Assembly: GCA_024277525.1 (NCBI GenBank)
Contig: JAJRUZ010000021.1
Span: 6,480-70,479 of the forward strand
Reading direction: 5' to 3'
Length of the DNA: 64,000 nucleotides
Source of the DNA: a candidate division WOR-3 bacterium
Lineage (GTDB): Bacteria; Hydrothermota; Hydrothermia; Hydrothermales; JAJRUZ01
Part shown: positions 29,983 through 40,163 of the stretch, one piece after another
Position numbering within the stretch: position 1 is the first letter of the stretch
Layout of the letters: each line of letters starts with the position of its first letter
The notes under the pieces: model-generated
The model's database searches: none
What the model saw: the letters and a program-made list of their open reading frames with translations, nothing else
Told to the model about the DNA's origin: nothing
Program-made: the position numbers and the translations under genes

Positions 29983-30465
29983 ATGAGATACTTAGTGTTT
30001 TTATGTATAATTGTATTCAATAGTTGCTCTAAAAGTTCCAAAAACTCATCTCAAGGAAACGGCTCAGATATTTTTAATTATAGGGGACAATTTCAAGGCT
30101 ATATAAAATTGAATGACAGTACCGATATTAATGACGGATTTATTTACGGCTCAATTTCCGAATTCTATGTTGATGTTAATAAAATCTCACTGGAAGGTAG
30201 AATTTTAATGATTTATAATCAAAATAAGGATACATTGATAAATGATGATATTTTACAAGGATATATAATAAATGACAGTATATTTATGAAAATTGTAAAA
30301 ACAAGTGATACCCTTGAGTTAAAAGGCAGGATGACTTATGAAAATCACTATGAAGGAGAGTGGTTTTTATTCAGTAAAGTAATAAAAGGTCAGGGAAATT
30401 TCTGGCTTGAAAAACCCGAACCCATTGATACCTTTTTCTTTATTTTTGCTCCTTTGTCCTATTGA
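29983..30465 (+). CDS. Hypothetical lipoprotein
   Basis: 160 aa. Signal peptide with lipobox-like VFNSC, then a Ser/Asn/Gly-rich linker. No known domain recognised. Confidence 0.45.
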   Translation: MRYLVFLCIIVFNSCSKSSKNSSQGNGSDIFNYRGQFQGYIKLNDSTDINDGFIYGSISEFYVDVNKISLEGRILMIYNQNKDTLINDDILQGYIINDSIFMKIVKTSDTLELKGRMTYENHYEGEWFLFSKVIKGQGNFWLEKPEPIDTFFFIFAPLSY

Positions 30466-30507
30466 GGTTATAGTTTCGCGATTAGGAAATCGCTCTCACA
30501 ATTACAC

Positions 30508-31179
30508 TCATCTGTTAAAAGGAAAAAGGGGGTAGGATGACTTTTTGACCCCTACCTTAGGACAAAGTTTTTTCACAGGACATTTGCAACATAAGGGTTT
30601 CAAAGGTTTACATATTCCCTGTCCGAAAGCAACAAGGACTTTGTTTATTCTTCTCCAATATTTTTTCGGAAAAATTCTTCTCAATTCTTTTTCTGTCTCT
30701 TCAGGGGTTTTTGTTCTTACCCATCCTAAACGATTCGAAATCCTGTGAACATGTGTGTCAACACAAATTGTATCTTTTTGAAAAATTTCCGCTAAAATTA
30801 AATTAGCAACCTTTCTGCCTATTCCCGGAAGCTTAATCAGTTCATCAAATTCCTGCGGAATTTTCCCCTGATAACGATCCAAAATTATCTCACCAAGTCT
30901 TTTTAAATTCCTTGCTTTATTTTTGTAAAAACCCACAGGATAAATAAGTTTTTCCAATCTCTTTAAAGGAATATTCTTTAAATCTTCAAAATCTTTTACT
31001 TCTTTTAAAAATTTCTTCATAACCTCACCCGTTATCTCATCCTTTGTTCTTGAAGACAAAATTGCGGAGATAAGAGTTGAAAACGAACTTTTTCTTTTAG
31101 TCTTTATATAAAAAACAACAGGTACATCTAAACTTCTGGATAATTTTTCTATTTCCAAAAATGTCTTTACATGTTTCAT
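30508..31179 (-). CDS. nth: Endonuclease III (DNA glycosylase/AP lyase, HhH-GPD with [4Fe-4S])
   Basis: 223 aa. HhH motif LPGIGRKVANLIL, catalytic Lys/Asp region, C-terminal cluster CKPLKPLCCKCPVKKLC (Cx6Cx2Cx5C). Confidence 0.85.
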   Translation of the reverse strand: MKHVKTFLEIEKLSRSLDVPVVFYIKTKRKSSFSTLISAILSSRTKDEITGEVMKKFLKEVKDFEDLKNIPLKRLEKLIYPVGFYKNKARNLKRLGEIILDRYQGKIPQEFDELIKLPGIGRKVANLILAEIFQKDTICVDTHVHRISNRLGWVRTKTPEETEKELRRIFPKKYWRRINKVLVAFGQGICKPLKPLCCKCPVKKLCPKVGVKKSSYPLFPFNR

Positions 31180-31186
31180 TAAACCT

Positions 31187-31843
31187 TTAGATCTCCTCCT
31201 TATGATGTTTTATTATTTTTCCTTTTACTATGAAAATTACATCTTCGCATATATTTGTAGCAAGGTCTGCGATCCTTTCAAGATTTTGTGCAATTTTTAT
31301 GAGATGAAGTGCCCTTTCAATTGTGGAAGGGTCTGAAATCATATAAGTAATTAGCTCTCTTACAATCTGGTCCCTTAAACTATCCACAATATCATCCCTT
31401 TCGCATACACTTTTTGCAAGTTCAGGATTTTCATCTATAAAAGAATCAATACTATCCTTAAGCATTTTCACGGTTTCTTCAGCCATTCTCGGCAAATCAA
31501 TATAGGGTTTAACCTGGGGTCTCTCTATTAAAAACAAAGCACTTTCAGCAATATTAACAGCATGGTCTGCCATTCTCTCAAGGTCATTATTTATTTTCAA
31601 TATCATAAGAACTGACCTTAAATTCTTTGCCTTTGGTTCATATTTTGCTATTGCCGATATACCCATTTCATCAATCTTTATTTCCGTTTCATTAGCAAAA
31701 TTCTCATCTTTTTCAATAACTTCTTTAAGAAAACTATCTTTTTTCTCAAGAAGACCTTTCAGACTTTTCTCTATCATTTTCTCCACATGCAATGCATAAT
31801 TTATTATCTCTTTTTTTAAATTTATGAGTTCTTTTTCAAACAT
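31187..31843 (-). CDS. phoU: Phosphate signalling complex protein PhoU
   Basis: 218 aa with two PhoU repeats (ERMADHAVNIAE.., ERIADLATNICEDVIF). Downstream of pstB. Confidence 0.85.
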   Translation of the reverse strand: MFEKELINLKKEIINYALHVEKMIEKSLKGLLEKKDSFLKEVIEKDENFANETEIKIDEMGISAIAKYEPKAKNLRSVLMILKINNDLERMADHAVNIAESALFLIERPQVKPYIDLPRMAEETVKMLKDSIDSFIDENPELAKSVCERDDIVDSLRDQIVRELITYMISDPSTIERALHLIKIAQNLERIADLATNICEDVIFIVKGKIIKHHKEEI

Positions 31844-31955
31844 TTTATCCTCCTTTTTGTATACTTTAATGTCGCATAAATGCGACCGCTACAAAAATTA
31901 TAAACTCAATAAATACAATTAACCCAATTAACACAACAAACGCAATAAACGCGAT

Positions 31956-32714
31956 TCATCCGAATTTACCGCTCAAATATTCCTGAGTTTTAGGGTGTTC
32001 GGGAACCGTAAAGATTTTTTCTGTTTCCCCGTATTCAAGCAATTCACCCATATATAAAAATGCAGTATAATCCGATATTCTTCCTGCCTGTGATTGATTG
32101 TGGGTCACAAGAATTATCGTAACATCTTTTTTTAACTCAACCAGGAGTTCCTCTATCATCCTTGTCGCCTTGGGGTCAAGTGCTGATGTGGGTTCATCAA
32201 GTAAAATAACCTCGGGTTTCATTGCAAGTGCCCTTGCAATGCATAATCTCTGTTGTTGTCCTCCTGAGAGAAATGTCCCTTTTCTGTGCAATACATCCTT
32301 TACCTCATCCCATAAAAACGCCTTTTTTAAAGATTCCTCAACTATCCTGTCCTTTTCTTCCTTTTTTAATTTTACTCCTGTCAGAATATAACCTGCTATC
32401 ACATTGTTGTAAATACTCATTGTTGGAAAAGGATTGGGTCTCTGAAAAACCATTCCTATCTTCCTTCTCACGATTATGGGATGCATTTCAAATATGTTTT
32501 TATCCTGCAGGTATATCTCTCCTTTAACTTTTGCTCCGGGTATAACCTCATGCATTCTGTTTATGCATCTCAAAAGTGTGGATTTTCCGCATCCGGAAGG
32601 TCCCATTATGGCTGTGATTTTATTTTTAAATATCTCAAAATTTATGTTCTTCAGAATCCAGTTTTCATCGGTATAACTTGCATAGAGATTTTTAATTCTC
32701 AGGATTTTTTCCAT
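31956..32714 (-). CDS. pstB: Phosphate ABC transporter ATP-binding protein PstB
   Basis: 252 aa. Walker [38 protein letters not shown]. PstB-specific N-terminal ...IKNLYASY. Confidence 0.9.
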   Translation of the reverse strand: MEKILRIKNLYASYTDENWILKNINFEIFKNKITAIMGPSGCGKSTLLRCINRMHEVIPGAKVKGEIYLQDKNIFEMHPIIVRRKIGMVFQRPNPFPTMSIYNNVIAGYILTGVKLKKEEKDRIVEESLKKAFLWDEVKDVLHRKGTFLSGGQQQRLCIARALAMKPEVILLDEPTSALDPKATRMIEELLVELKKDVTIILVTHNQSQAGRISDYTAFLYMGELLEYGETEKIFTVPEHPKTQEYLSGKFG

Positions 32715-33535
32715 TTCTCAATTATAATGTTTGTGAAGATATTAAGGAATAGAACCATGAGTATTAAAATAAGAGAGGCTCCCCATGCAATTCTCTGCCA
32801 GTTTTCATAAGGACTCATCGCATATTTGAATATTAAAAGGGGAAGAGATTCAACCGGTTTCAATGGATTCATATTAATAAAAGGATTACCAAAAGCAGTA
32901 AATAAAAGGGGTGCTGTTTCACCTGCTATTCTGGATACTCCTATGAGAATTCCGGACATAATACCGCCTATGGATGCAGGTAAAATCACCCTGAATATTG
33001 TGCTTACATAGTTTGCTCCCAGTGCATATGATGCCTCTTTAAGTGAAAAGGGAACCATTTTTATTGTTTCCTCTGTGCTTTTTATAACAAGTGGTAACAT
33101 CATCAATGAAAGGGCAACTCCTCCTGATAAGGCAGAAAAATGTCCCATTGGTTTTACAACCCATAAATAGGCAAGAATTCCCATTACAATTGATGGTAAT
33201 CCCTGAAGAACATTTACAAAATCCCTTAAAAAATCTGTAAATTTATTTCTTGTTTCAGCAATAAAGATTCCTGTGATTATTCCCAGAGGAACCGAAAATA
33301 TAAGGGCAATAATTAAAAGTAAAATTGTTCCGAGCAGTGCATTTAAAATTCCACCCGCCTCTTCTCCGGGAGGTTTTGGTAGTGAGACAAAAAATTCAAA
33401 GTTTATCGCCTTTATTCCGTTTTTGAATATCTGAAAAAGAATTATAAAAAGGGGTATAACAGAAATAAGGGATAAGGATACAATGAGAACTTTAAAAATT
33501 TTATCCTTTAAAATTTTAACCTGTAATTCTTTCAT
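32699..33535 (-). CDS. pstA: Phosphate ABC transporter permease PstA
   Basis: 278 aa, 6 TM helices. EAA region [23 protein letters not shown]. Overlaps pstB and pstC. Confidence 0.85.
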   Translation of the reverse strand: MKELQVKILKDKIFKVLIVSLSLISVIPLFIILFQIFKNGIKAINFEFFVSLPKPPGEEAGGILNALLGTILLLIIALIFSVPLGIITGIFIAETRNKFTDFLRDFVNVLQGLPSIVMGILAYLWVVKPMGHFSALSGGVALSLMMLPLVIKSTEETIKMVPFSLKEASYALGANYVSTIFRVILPASIGGIMSGILIGVSRIAGETAPLLFTAFGNPFINMNPLKPVESLPLLIFKYAMSPYENWQRIAWGASLILILMVLFLNIFTNIIIEKWKKS

Positions 33536-34397
33536 TTACTTTAAACTTTTTTATAACAATATTACCCACAAAATTTATTAAAAAGGTGATTATAAATAAC
33601 CATAACCCTATATGAATAAGGGAACTCAGGTGGATATCCTTTACAGCTTCTGTGAATTCATTTGCAATAACAGAAGCCATTGTGTTTGCAGGACTGAATA
33701 TACTTTTGGGTAAAAAATTGAAGTTTCCTATAACCATTGTGACAGCCATTATTTCACCGAATGCTCTTCCGAAGGAAAGAAGTAAACCCGCAAATATTCC
33801 TGATGCAGAATAGGGAATTACAATTTTTTTTACAACTTCATATCTTGTTGCACCCAGGGAATAACCTGCTTCAATTAAATCTCCCGGCACAAGTTTTATT
33901 ATTTCCCTTGCAATTGATGAGGCATAGGGTATTATCATCACAGCAAGAACAAGGGAAGCGGTGAGTATTCCGACACCATAGGGAGTGACATGAAGTTTTA
34001 TTTCCAGCTTTCTTATTAACGGAACAAGTAAATAAAGTCCCCAGAAACCGTAGATAACAGAGGGAATTCCTGCAAGAAGGTCTGTTGTATATGATAAAAA
34101 TTTGCTGATAAATCCTGTTTTAAAATATTCACCCAGAAAAAGGGCGATTGAAAGAGAAAAGGGTAAAGATATCAAAAGTGCAATTATTGATGTAATAAGG
34201 GTTCCTGCAAGAAAGGGAAGCATTCCGAATTTTTCTGTAACAGGATTCCATTCTTTTGAGAAAAGGAAACCAAGACCAAAGGATTTAATTGATAAAAAAC
34301 TGCCTTTGAAAAGGGAAATAAATATTAAGAGGAAAATAAAAAACAGAAAAAGACCCGAAATCCAGAGAATCCCTTTAAAAATTTTATCGGTTTTCAT
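33516..34397 (-). CDS. pstC: Phosphate ABC transporter permease PstC
   Basis: 293 aa, 6 TM helices. EAGYSLGATRYEVVKKIVIP EAA loop. Confidence 0.85.
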   Translation of the reverse strand: MKTDKIFKGILWISGLFLFFIFLLIFISLFKGSFLSIKSFGLGFLFSKEWNPVTEKFGMLPFLAGTLITSIIALLISLPFSLSIALFLGEYFKTGFISKFLSYTTDLLAGIPSVIYGFWGLYLLVPLIRKLEIKLHVTPYGVGILTASLVLAVMIIPYASSIAREIIKLVPGDLIEAGYSLGATRYEVVKKIVIPYSASGIFAGLLLSFGRAFGEIMAVTMVIGNFNFLPKSIFSPANTMASVIANEFTEAVKDIHLSSLIHIGLWLFIITFLINFVGNIVIKKFKVNERITG

Positions 34398-35428
34398 TCA
34401 AGAAGTTTCTTCCCATTATAAACAATTGATTTTATTATCTTTTCTGTTTTTTCAAGAGCTTTTTTTGAAAGAGGGGCATAATGAAGGGGTTTGCAGTATT
34501 TCTGACCTTCATGTGTCATCCACCAGAGGAGTTTAACAAGTTCTTTTGCCTTTTCATAAGAAATTCCTGCTTTTGAGAGGTCTTTATAAACTATTATCCA
34601 GGTGAATCCTGAAATAGGGTATCCGTATTTTGCACCGGTATTTGTAAGTGAAACTCTCATATCGTCCGGTAAATCAATGTCAGCAGCTAAGCTCACTGAT
34701 TCAGGAGATGGTTTTATAAAGTTTCCTGATTTGTTTTTAACAAGCGCATAGGGCATTTTATTCTGAATCGCATATGCAAGTTCCACATACCCTATTGCTC
34801 CTGGAATCTGTTTAACAAGTGCAGAAACTCCTTCATTTCCCTTTCCACCGAGACCTGTAGGCCAGTTAATTGATTTTCCTTTTCCGACCTTTTGTTTCCA
34901 TTCTTTACTTACTTTGCTCAGATAATCAGTAAAAATAAATGTTGTTCCGCTTCCATCCGACCTGTGGACAACAACAATGTCAAGGTCAGGCAGGTTTATC
35001 TCAGGATTAATTTTTTTTATTCTTTCATCATTCCATTTTTTGATTTTTCCGAGAAATATGTCAGCAATAATTTCAGGAGTGAGTTTCAATTCAGGATTTC
35101 CGGGTATGTTATAGGTTATAACAACAGCACCTGCTGTTATCGGAATATGAACGAGAGGAGCGGGGAATTTTTTCATTTCTTCATCACTTAAAAAAGCATC
35201 AGAAGCACCGAAATCAACCGTTCTTTCACGAATCTGCCTTATTCCTCCTCCTGAACCTATGGACTGATAATTAACCTTTACACCGTATGCTTTGTGATAC
35301 ACATCAAACATTTTTGAATAAAGGGGATAAGGAAATGTTGCACCTGCACCAAGAAGCTCCACCCTTGCAAAAAGGGCAGAACCTGATATGAGGGAGATTA
35401 AAAAACCCATAACAAAAATTTTTTTCAT
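34394..35428 (-). CDS. pstS: Phosphate-binding protein PstS
   Basis: 344 aa with a signal peptide. PstS motifs LLGAGATFPYPLYSKMF.., SIGSGGGIRQ, VVHRSDGSGTTFIFTDYLSKVS. Confidence 0.85.
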   Translation of the reverse strand: MKKIFVMGFLISLISGSALFARVELLGAGATFPYPLYSKMFDVYHKAYGVKVNYQSIGSGGGIRQIRERTVDFGASDAFLSDEEMKKFPAPLVHIPITAGAVVITYNIPGNPELKLTPEIIADIFLGKIKKWNDERIKKINPEINLPDLDIVVVHRSDGSGTTFIFTDYLSKVSKEWKQKVGKGKSINWPTGLGGKGNEGVSALVKQIPGAIGYVELAYAIQNKMPYALVKNKSGNFIKPSPESVSLAADIDLPDDMRVSLTNTGAKYGYPISGFTWIIVYKDLSKAGISYEKAKELVKLLWWMTHEGQKYCKPLHYAPLSKKALEKTEKIIKSIVYNGKKLLE

Positions 35429-35447
35429 TTTAACCTCCTGTTTGTTT

Positions 35448-36506
35448 TCATTTAAATTTATAAAAAAATGTAAATCTTAAATAAATATCCGAATTCGGTC
35501 TGTATCCGCTTTCTTCATCATAAAAAACATATTCAACATTCGGAATTAAACTCACATATTCATGAAGTTTAAAATCAATACCCGCAATTATAAGGTTTGA
35601 AGGTGCGGATTCACTCATGGGAATATAGGAGATTTTTTCTCCTTCTGGATTCGGGTCAAAGGTTTTGTCGTATCTAAAAATAAAGGAAAGTTTTTTGTTT
35701 AAATTAATAACAAAAAATAAAGAAGCAATCTCATAACTCAGCACAGTATCAGGTTCCCTTTGTCTTTTTTGAATGGTATATTGAAGTCCTGTCCTGAACT
35801 TTTCATTTCTGAAAGACACAAAACCCTGAAAAGTATAAATGTCCGTGTAGCCCTTTCCTTCCTTCCAGTCAGTATAAAATTCAATATAAAAAGGTTTCAG
35901 GTCAAAACCCAGAGAACCCATTATTTTCTTCTGTTTATTATTCTCGGATTTATTTCCCTCTCCGTTTGCAAACATTATGTGATAATTCAGCCTCCCCTCG
36001 TTACCAGAATAACCCTTAAAGGCAATTCCGAAATCCCTTGAAGAACCGAATTTTTGAAGGTCAAGAGGAGTTTTTTCAATAGCTCTGTATCCCCAGATTT
36101 TCTCAATCTTTTCCCATGTGGGAGTGGGTGAAATTCCTATAATCAGACCGTGTTCTTTTATTTTCCATTTCAGATAGGCATCTTTTACAAAGGGAAAAAG
36201 TCTGGAGGAAGTTTTTGTAAAATCATTGCCTGCATATTCCATTCTTAATCTTGTGGAGAAATTCTCTGAAATTTCATGGTCATAGGTAAAATATATTCTT
36301 CTGAGCCAGAAACCATTCTGTCCTCTGTATTCGAGCGAATCCGGATGATGTGTCTGAATCACATAATAGTAATCTCCGAACATATATCCTGATATTCTGC
36401 CCCGGGCAATCAGACTGCCCCATATCATTATTATGATTATGAATGCTTTTTTTGATGTTTTACTCATATTTTGTCTTTGTTTTTCTGGATTGGAACCTTT
36501 ATACAT
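35448..36506 (-). CDS. Putative outer-membrane beta-barrel / phosphate-selective porin-like protein (first gene of the pst operon)
   Basis: ~340-352 aa. Probable true start at MSKTSKKAF, with signal peptide. Tyr/Gly/Phe-rich amphipathic strands and an aromatic C-terminus. Function inferred from its position upstream of pstS. Confidence 0.4.
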   Translation of the reverse strand: MYKGSNPEKQRQNMSKTSKKAFIIIIMIWGSLIARGRISGYMFGDYYYVIQTHHPDSLEYRGQNGFWLRRIYFTYDHEISENFSTRLRMEYAGNDFTKTSSRLFPFVKDAYLKWKIKEHGLIIGISPTPTWEKIEKIWGYRAIEKTPLDLQKFGSSRDFGIAFKGYSGNEGRLNYHIMFANGEGNKSENNKQKKIMGSLGFDLKPFYIEFYTDWKEGKGYTDIYTFQGFVSFRNEKFRTGLQYTIQKRQREPDTVLSYEIASLFFVINLNKKLSFIFRYDKTFDPNPEGEKISYIPMSESAPSNLIIAGIDFKLHEYVSLIPNVEYVFYDEESGYRPNSDIYLRFTFFYKFK

Positions 36507-36525
36507 TTAAAGGTATAAAAGAATT

Positions 36526-36567
36526 TTGTTAAATTATCATCAAAAAATTGTTAAATTTGTGTTAAAT
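36526..36567. promoter_or_regulatory. Three direct repeats of TTGTTAAAT/TGTTAAAT spaced 22 and 11 bp. Pho-box-like response-regulator binding array in the porin-pst promoter region.
   Basis: Repeats at 36526-36534, 36548-36556 and 36560-36567. Helical-turn phasing is typical of OmpR/PhoB-family sites. They lie 20-60 nt upstream of the porin/pst operon start and ~50-85 nt upstream of the divergently placed R-M gene. Confidence 0.35.
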
Positions 36568-36610
36568 CTGATAAATTTGAATATTAGCTCTACTTTACAA
36601 TAAACTTTAA

Positions 36611-37495
36611 ATGATGGGATATAATTCATTTATTAAAAATATGAAGAAAAAAATACATATATTTGAAAAAAATTTGAACAAATCTCAGGTGCATGGGAGA
36701 AATATATTAGCAAAATTGAAAAGATTTGAAAGTTTAAACGATAAGCAAAAGGAAAAAATTATAAACATAGTTTTGCCTGCCTATGAAAAATGGAAGAGAA
36801 TCAATGAGACTTTAAAAGGTTACACGGAAGAAATAGTAAAGAAACGGGTACAATCTTTAAATGAGTATAAAAATAAAATAGAACTTGTGGAATTTTCTGC
36901 CCAAACAAAGTTTCATTCATCTGTAATTGAGGAATTTTTATATTATCTGTTTAAGGATTTAATAAATGGATTGAATAACTTATCTCAGGAAAAACAAAAG
37001 ATTGCTTTGGGGGGAATAAGAGCTTATACCAATCTATATTTCGCTCCCGAGAACCTTAAATCTTTTATAAAAAAGCCCTATATGAGGATTAATGTAAAGG
37101 ATCAAGACTTTGCAATTTATAAGAAAATAAAAATAACAGCAGACGGAGAAAGTAAAGAAGTAAATGTACCCGTGGTTTCAATAGAATGTAAAACATATAT
37201 AGATAAAACAATGCTTGAAGGTTCAATTGCTACTGCTGAAAAAATAAGAAACGGTAATCCCTATTGTTTATTTCTTGTCGTGTCCGAGTGGTATGATGTA
37301 AGCTACGAAGTTGACCCTGCTTATTCGAGAATAGACCAAATTTATATACTGCGAAAGGAGAAGAGAAAAACTAAAGAAAGTAATCCGATTGATTTTGATG
37401 TAGTGAATGACCTCTTCAATTTTGTGAAAAATCATTTAGAAAGGGACTGGTCCAAAATAGAAGAAAAGTTGTTAAAGGAAGGTAAAATATTATGA
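36611..37495 (+). CDS. Putative type II restriction endonuclease (PD-(D/E)xK-like), partner of the adjacent methyltransferase
   Basis: 294 aa with no recognisable family match. Candidate PD...(D/E)xK elements: QDFAIY ... VVSIECKTYID. Stop overlaps the MTase start (ATGA at 37492), and local AT content is higher than the neighbours. Assignment is by context. Confidence 0.4.
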   Translation: MMGYNSFIKNMKKKIHIFEKNLNKSQVHGRNILAKLKRFESLNDKQKEKIINIVLPAYEKWKRINETLKGYTEEIVKKRVQSLNEYKNKIELVEFSAQTKFHSSVIEEFLYYLFKDLINGLNNLSQEKQKIALGGIRAYTNLYFAPENLKSFIKKPYMRINVKDQDFAIYKKIKITADGESKEVNVPVVSIECKTYIDKTMLEGSIATAEKIRNGNPYCLFLVVSEWYDVSYEVDPAYSRIDQIYILRKEKRKTKESNPIDFDVVNDLFNFVKNHLERDWSKIEEKLLKEGKIL

Positions 37496-38439
37496 AAAAA
37501 GAGAAAATAAAGAATAAATTTATGAAAGAAAAGGTAAGAAAAGGAACAAAAAATGCTAAACATTCTATTATAGTTAAAGAACCCTCTTCTATAAAGCCAT
37601 TTATAAATAAAATCGTAGTAGGTGATGCAGAAGAAGTACTAAAACTTATTCCCGATAATTCTGTTGATATTATAATAACTTCTCCTCCTTATAACTTCGG
37701 GCAGCACTATGCTAACGATCCCACCCAGGATACAAAAGAATGGAATGCTTATTTTAAAAAGCTCTCTTTAATTTGGACAGAATGTTATCGGATATTAAAA
37801 CCGGGCGGTAGAATAGCCGTTAACATTCAGCCTTTATTTTCTGATTACATGCCAACTCACCATATTATTTCTTACCAACTATTAAATATTGGTTTCTTAT
37901 GGAAGGCAGAAATATTGTGGGAAAAAAGTAATTACAACGCAAAATATACAGCCTGGGGAAGTTGGAAATCTCCGTCAATGCCTTATTTAAAATATACATG
38001 GGAATTTATTGAAGTATTTGACAAAGAAACTCATAAAAAAACAGGAAAAAAAGAAAATATAGACATTACTGAAGAAGAGTTCAAAAAATGGGTATATGCA
38101 AAATGGGAAATAACTCCAGAAATAAAAATGAAAGAATATGGACATCCCGCTATGTTCCCAGAGGAATTACCTTATAGACTCATAAAGTTATTCTCTTACA
38201 AAGGAGATATAGTTTTAGACCCATTTAATGGAGCAGGTACTACAACTTTAGTAGCTTGGAAGCTTAAAAGAAGATTTATAGGTATTGATATTTCTTTAAA
38301 ATACTGTAAAACTGCTATTCAGCGTATTAAAAAAGAATCAACCCAACATAAACTTTTTGATTTTGACAATAATTTAAAATTTGACTTTCCTTTTCCCGAA
38401 CTTGTTACATTGGAAGAATTAAGAGGAAAAATCTTGTAA
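37492..38439 (+). CDS. DNA methyltransferase, beta-class amino-MTase (N4-cytosine or N6-adenine)
   Basis: 315 aa. Motif IV IIITSPPYNFG (S/DPPY) precedes motif I LDPFNGAGTTTLVA (FxGxG), i.e. beta-class permutation. The ParB-like/N6_N4_Mtase fold is typical of type II R-M methylases. Confidence 0.8.
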   Translation: MKKEKIKNKFMKEKVRKGTKNAKHSIIVKEPSSIKPFINKIVVGDAEEVLKLIPDNSVDIIITSPPYNFGQHYANDPTQDTKEWNAYFKKLSLIWTECYRILKPGGRIAVNIQPLFSDYMPTHHIISYQLLNIGFLWKAEILWEKSNYNAKYTAWGSWKSPSMPYLKYTWEFIEVFDKETHKKTGKKENIDITEEEFKKWVYAKWEITPEIKMKEYGHPAMFPEELPYRLIKLFSYKGDIVLDPFNGAGTTTLVAWKLKRRFIGIDISLKYCKTAIQRIKKESTQHKLFDFDNNLKFDFPFPELVTLEELRGKIL

Positions 38440-38444
38440 TTCTG

Positions 38445-40163
38445 TTAAACTGGAAAGGTTATCACAAACCTTGTCCCCTTTCCCTTTTCACTCTCAACAT
38501 CTATTTTTCCGTTATGTAAAAGAATTATATGTTTGACAATTGAAAGTCCGAGACCCGCTCCACCCTTTTTTCTATCCCTTGCCTTATTGACCACATAAAA
38601 TCTTTCAAATATTCTTAATAGATGCTCCTCAGGAATTCCTTCCCCTGTATCCTGAATTTCTATTTTTATATTATTATTCTCCCTTTCCGCAGAAATCCTT
38701 ATTTCTCCTTTCTCCGTATATTTTACCGCATTATCAATTAAATTAATAAAAACCTGCTCAATTTTAAATCTGTCAGCTCTAAATTCCAGAAGATTATCCC
38801 CTATTTCAATTTTCAAATTGATTTTCTTTTCCTTTAACCTTTTTTCAAAAATCGGAATTATATCAGAAATAAGCTCCTTTAAATTTATATTTTCCAGTTC
38901 AAGAGGAATTTCTCCTGTCTCAAGTTCAGACAGAAAAAGCGTTTTCTGAATTATATCCATTAACCTTTCTATATGATTTTTTATTATTTCAATGTATCTT
39001 CTATTTTTTATATCCTCTTCCTCTTCAAGAGTTTCAACAAATCCTTTGATTGCTGTAAGAGGAGTTTTTAGTTCATGGGAAATATTAATTATTAGCTCTC
39101 TTTTTATCTCATCCAGTTTTTTAAGCTCTGTTATATCATGAAAAACCGCAAGAATTTCATCTGTTTCAGGAATTCTTTTTAAATTACAGAATAAAATTTT
39201 CCCGTGAATTTCTATTTCTCCCCGGGCTCCCTTTTTCTGCTCTATCTCTTCAACCATTCTTCCGAACTCAGGAACCTTTATAACCTGAAAATAAAATTTA
39301 CCTTTTTCTATTTCCTCCTTTAAAATTTCTTTCATTTTCTCATTATAGAAAATAACCTCTCCCCTTTTGTTTATGAGTAAAATTCCATCAGGGATTGATG
39401 AAATAAGTGCAAATAATTTCCCTCTTTCCCCTTTTATCTCTTCAAAAAGCTTTTCCATCCTTGAAACCATGTCATTAAAACCTTCTGTCAGTTCCCCTAT
39501 CTCATCTTTTCTTTTTGTAAGAATCTTAACATTGAATTCTCCCTGTGAAAGTTTTTTAAAACTTTTGAGGAGCTCTTTTAAAGGTGAAGAAAAATTTTCT
39601 GAAATCAACAGGGAGATAATCCAGGAAAGAATTAAAATTATTGAAATTATAAGTAAAATCCTTTTTCTCAAATCAGAAAGTAATTTATTTATATCTTTCA
39701 TAAAAATGCTGGTTCTTAAAACCCCTATGATTCTTTCATTTTTAAAAATAGGAAGGGCAAGATAAAGCATTTCTTCCTTAACCGTTTCACTGTATCTTAT
39801 TGAAGTTCCTGTTTCCCCTTTAAAAGCAACAGAAATTTCGGGTCTCCCTCTGTGATTTTCCATAAGTGATGGGTCTTCTTTTGAATCAGCAAGCACATTT
39901 CCTGAGGTATCAATAACGGTGATTCTTATATCAATTTTTTCACCCTTTTGTTTGACAAATTCATCAAGTGCCTTATAATCTTTTCTCTCAATAAATTCTG
40001 AAACATAGGGCATAAGGGAGAAATTAACATCCTTTAAATGCTTTTTTAATTCTTTTATATAGGTTCTTTTAATCAATCCATAAGAAAATATGAAAATAAA
40101 AAAGGATAAAAAAAGTGTTATAAAAAAGAAACTCAAAAAAAGCTTATGAGATAATTTTCTCAT
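38445..40163 (-). CDS. Sensor histidine kinase (PhoR-like: TM-periplasmic domain-TM-HAMP-PAS-HisKA-HATPase)
   Basis: 572 aa. H-box SHELKTPLTAIKGF. N box NLIDNAVKYT. G boxes DTGEGIPEEHL, GGAGLGLSIVKHI. Confidence 0.85.
   Translation of the reverse strand: MRKLSHKLFLSFFFITLFLSFFIFIFSYGLIKRTYIKELKKHLKDVNFSLMPYVSEFIERKDYKALDEFVKQKGEKIDIRITVIDTSGNVLADSKEDPSLMENHRGRPEISVAFKGETGTSIRYSETVKEEMLYLALPIFKNERIIGVLRTSIFMKDINKLLSDLRKRILLIISIILILSWIISLLISENFSSPLKELLKSFKKLSQGEFNVKILTKRKDEIGELTEGFNDMVSRMEKLFEEIKGERGKLFALISSIPDGILLINKRGEVIFYNEKMKEILKEEIEKGKFYFQVIKVPEFGRMVEEIEQKKGARGEIEIHGKILFCNLKRIPETDEILAVFHDITELKKLDEIKRELIINISHELKTPLTAIKGFVETLEEEEDIKNRRYIEIIKNHIERLMDIIQKTLFLSELETGEIPLELENINLKELISDIIPIFEKRLKEKKINLKIEIGDNLLEFRADRFKIEQVFINLIDNAVKYTEKGEIRISAERENNNIKIEIQDTGEGIPEEHLLRIFERFYVVNKARDRKKGGAGLGLSIVKHIILLHNGKIDVESEKGKGTRFVITFPV

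Noticed and set aside
30510-30548. Apparent hairpin GGGGGTAGG...CCCCTACC at the nth 3' end
   Set aside because: The two halves are complementary but not reverse-complementary, so no stem can form. The region is also coding (nth C-terminus).
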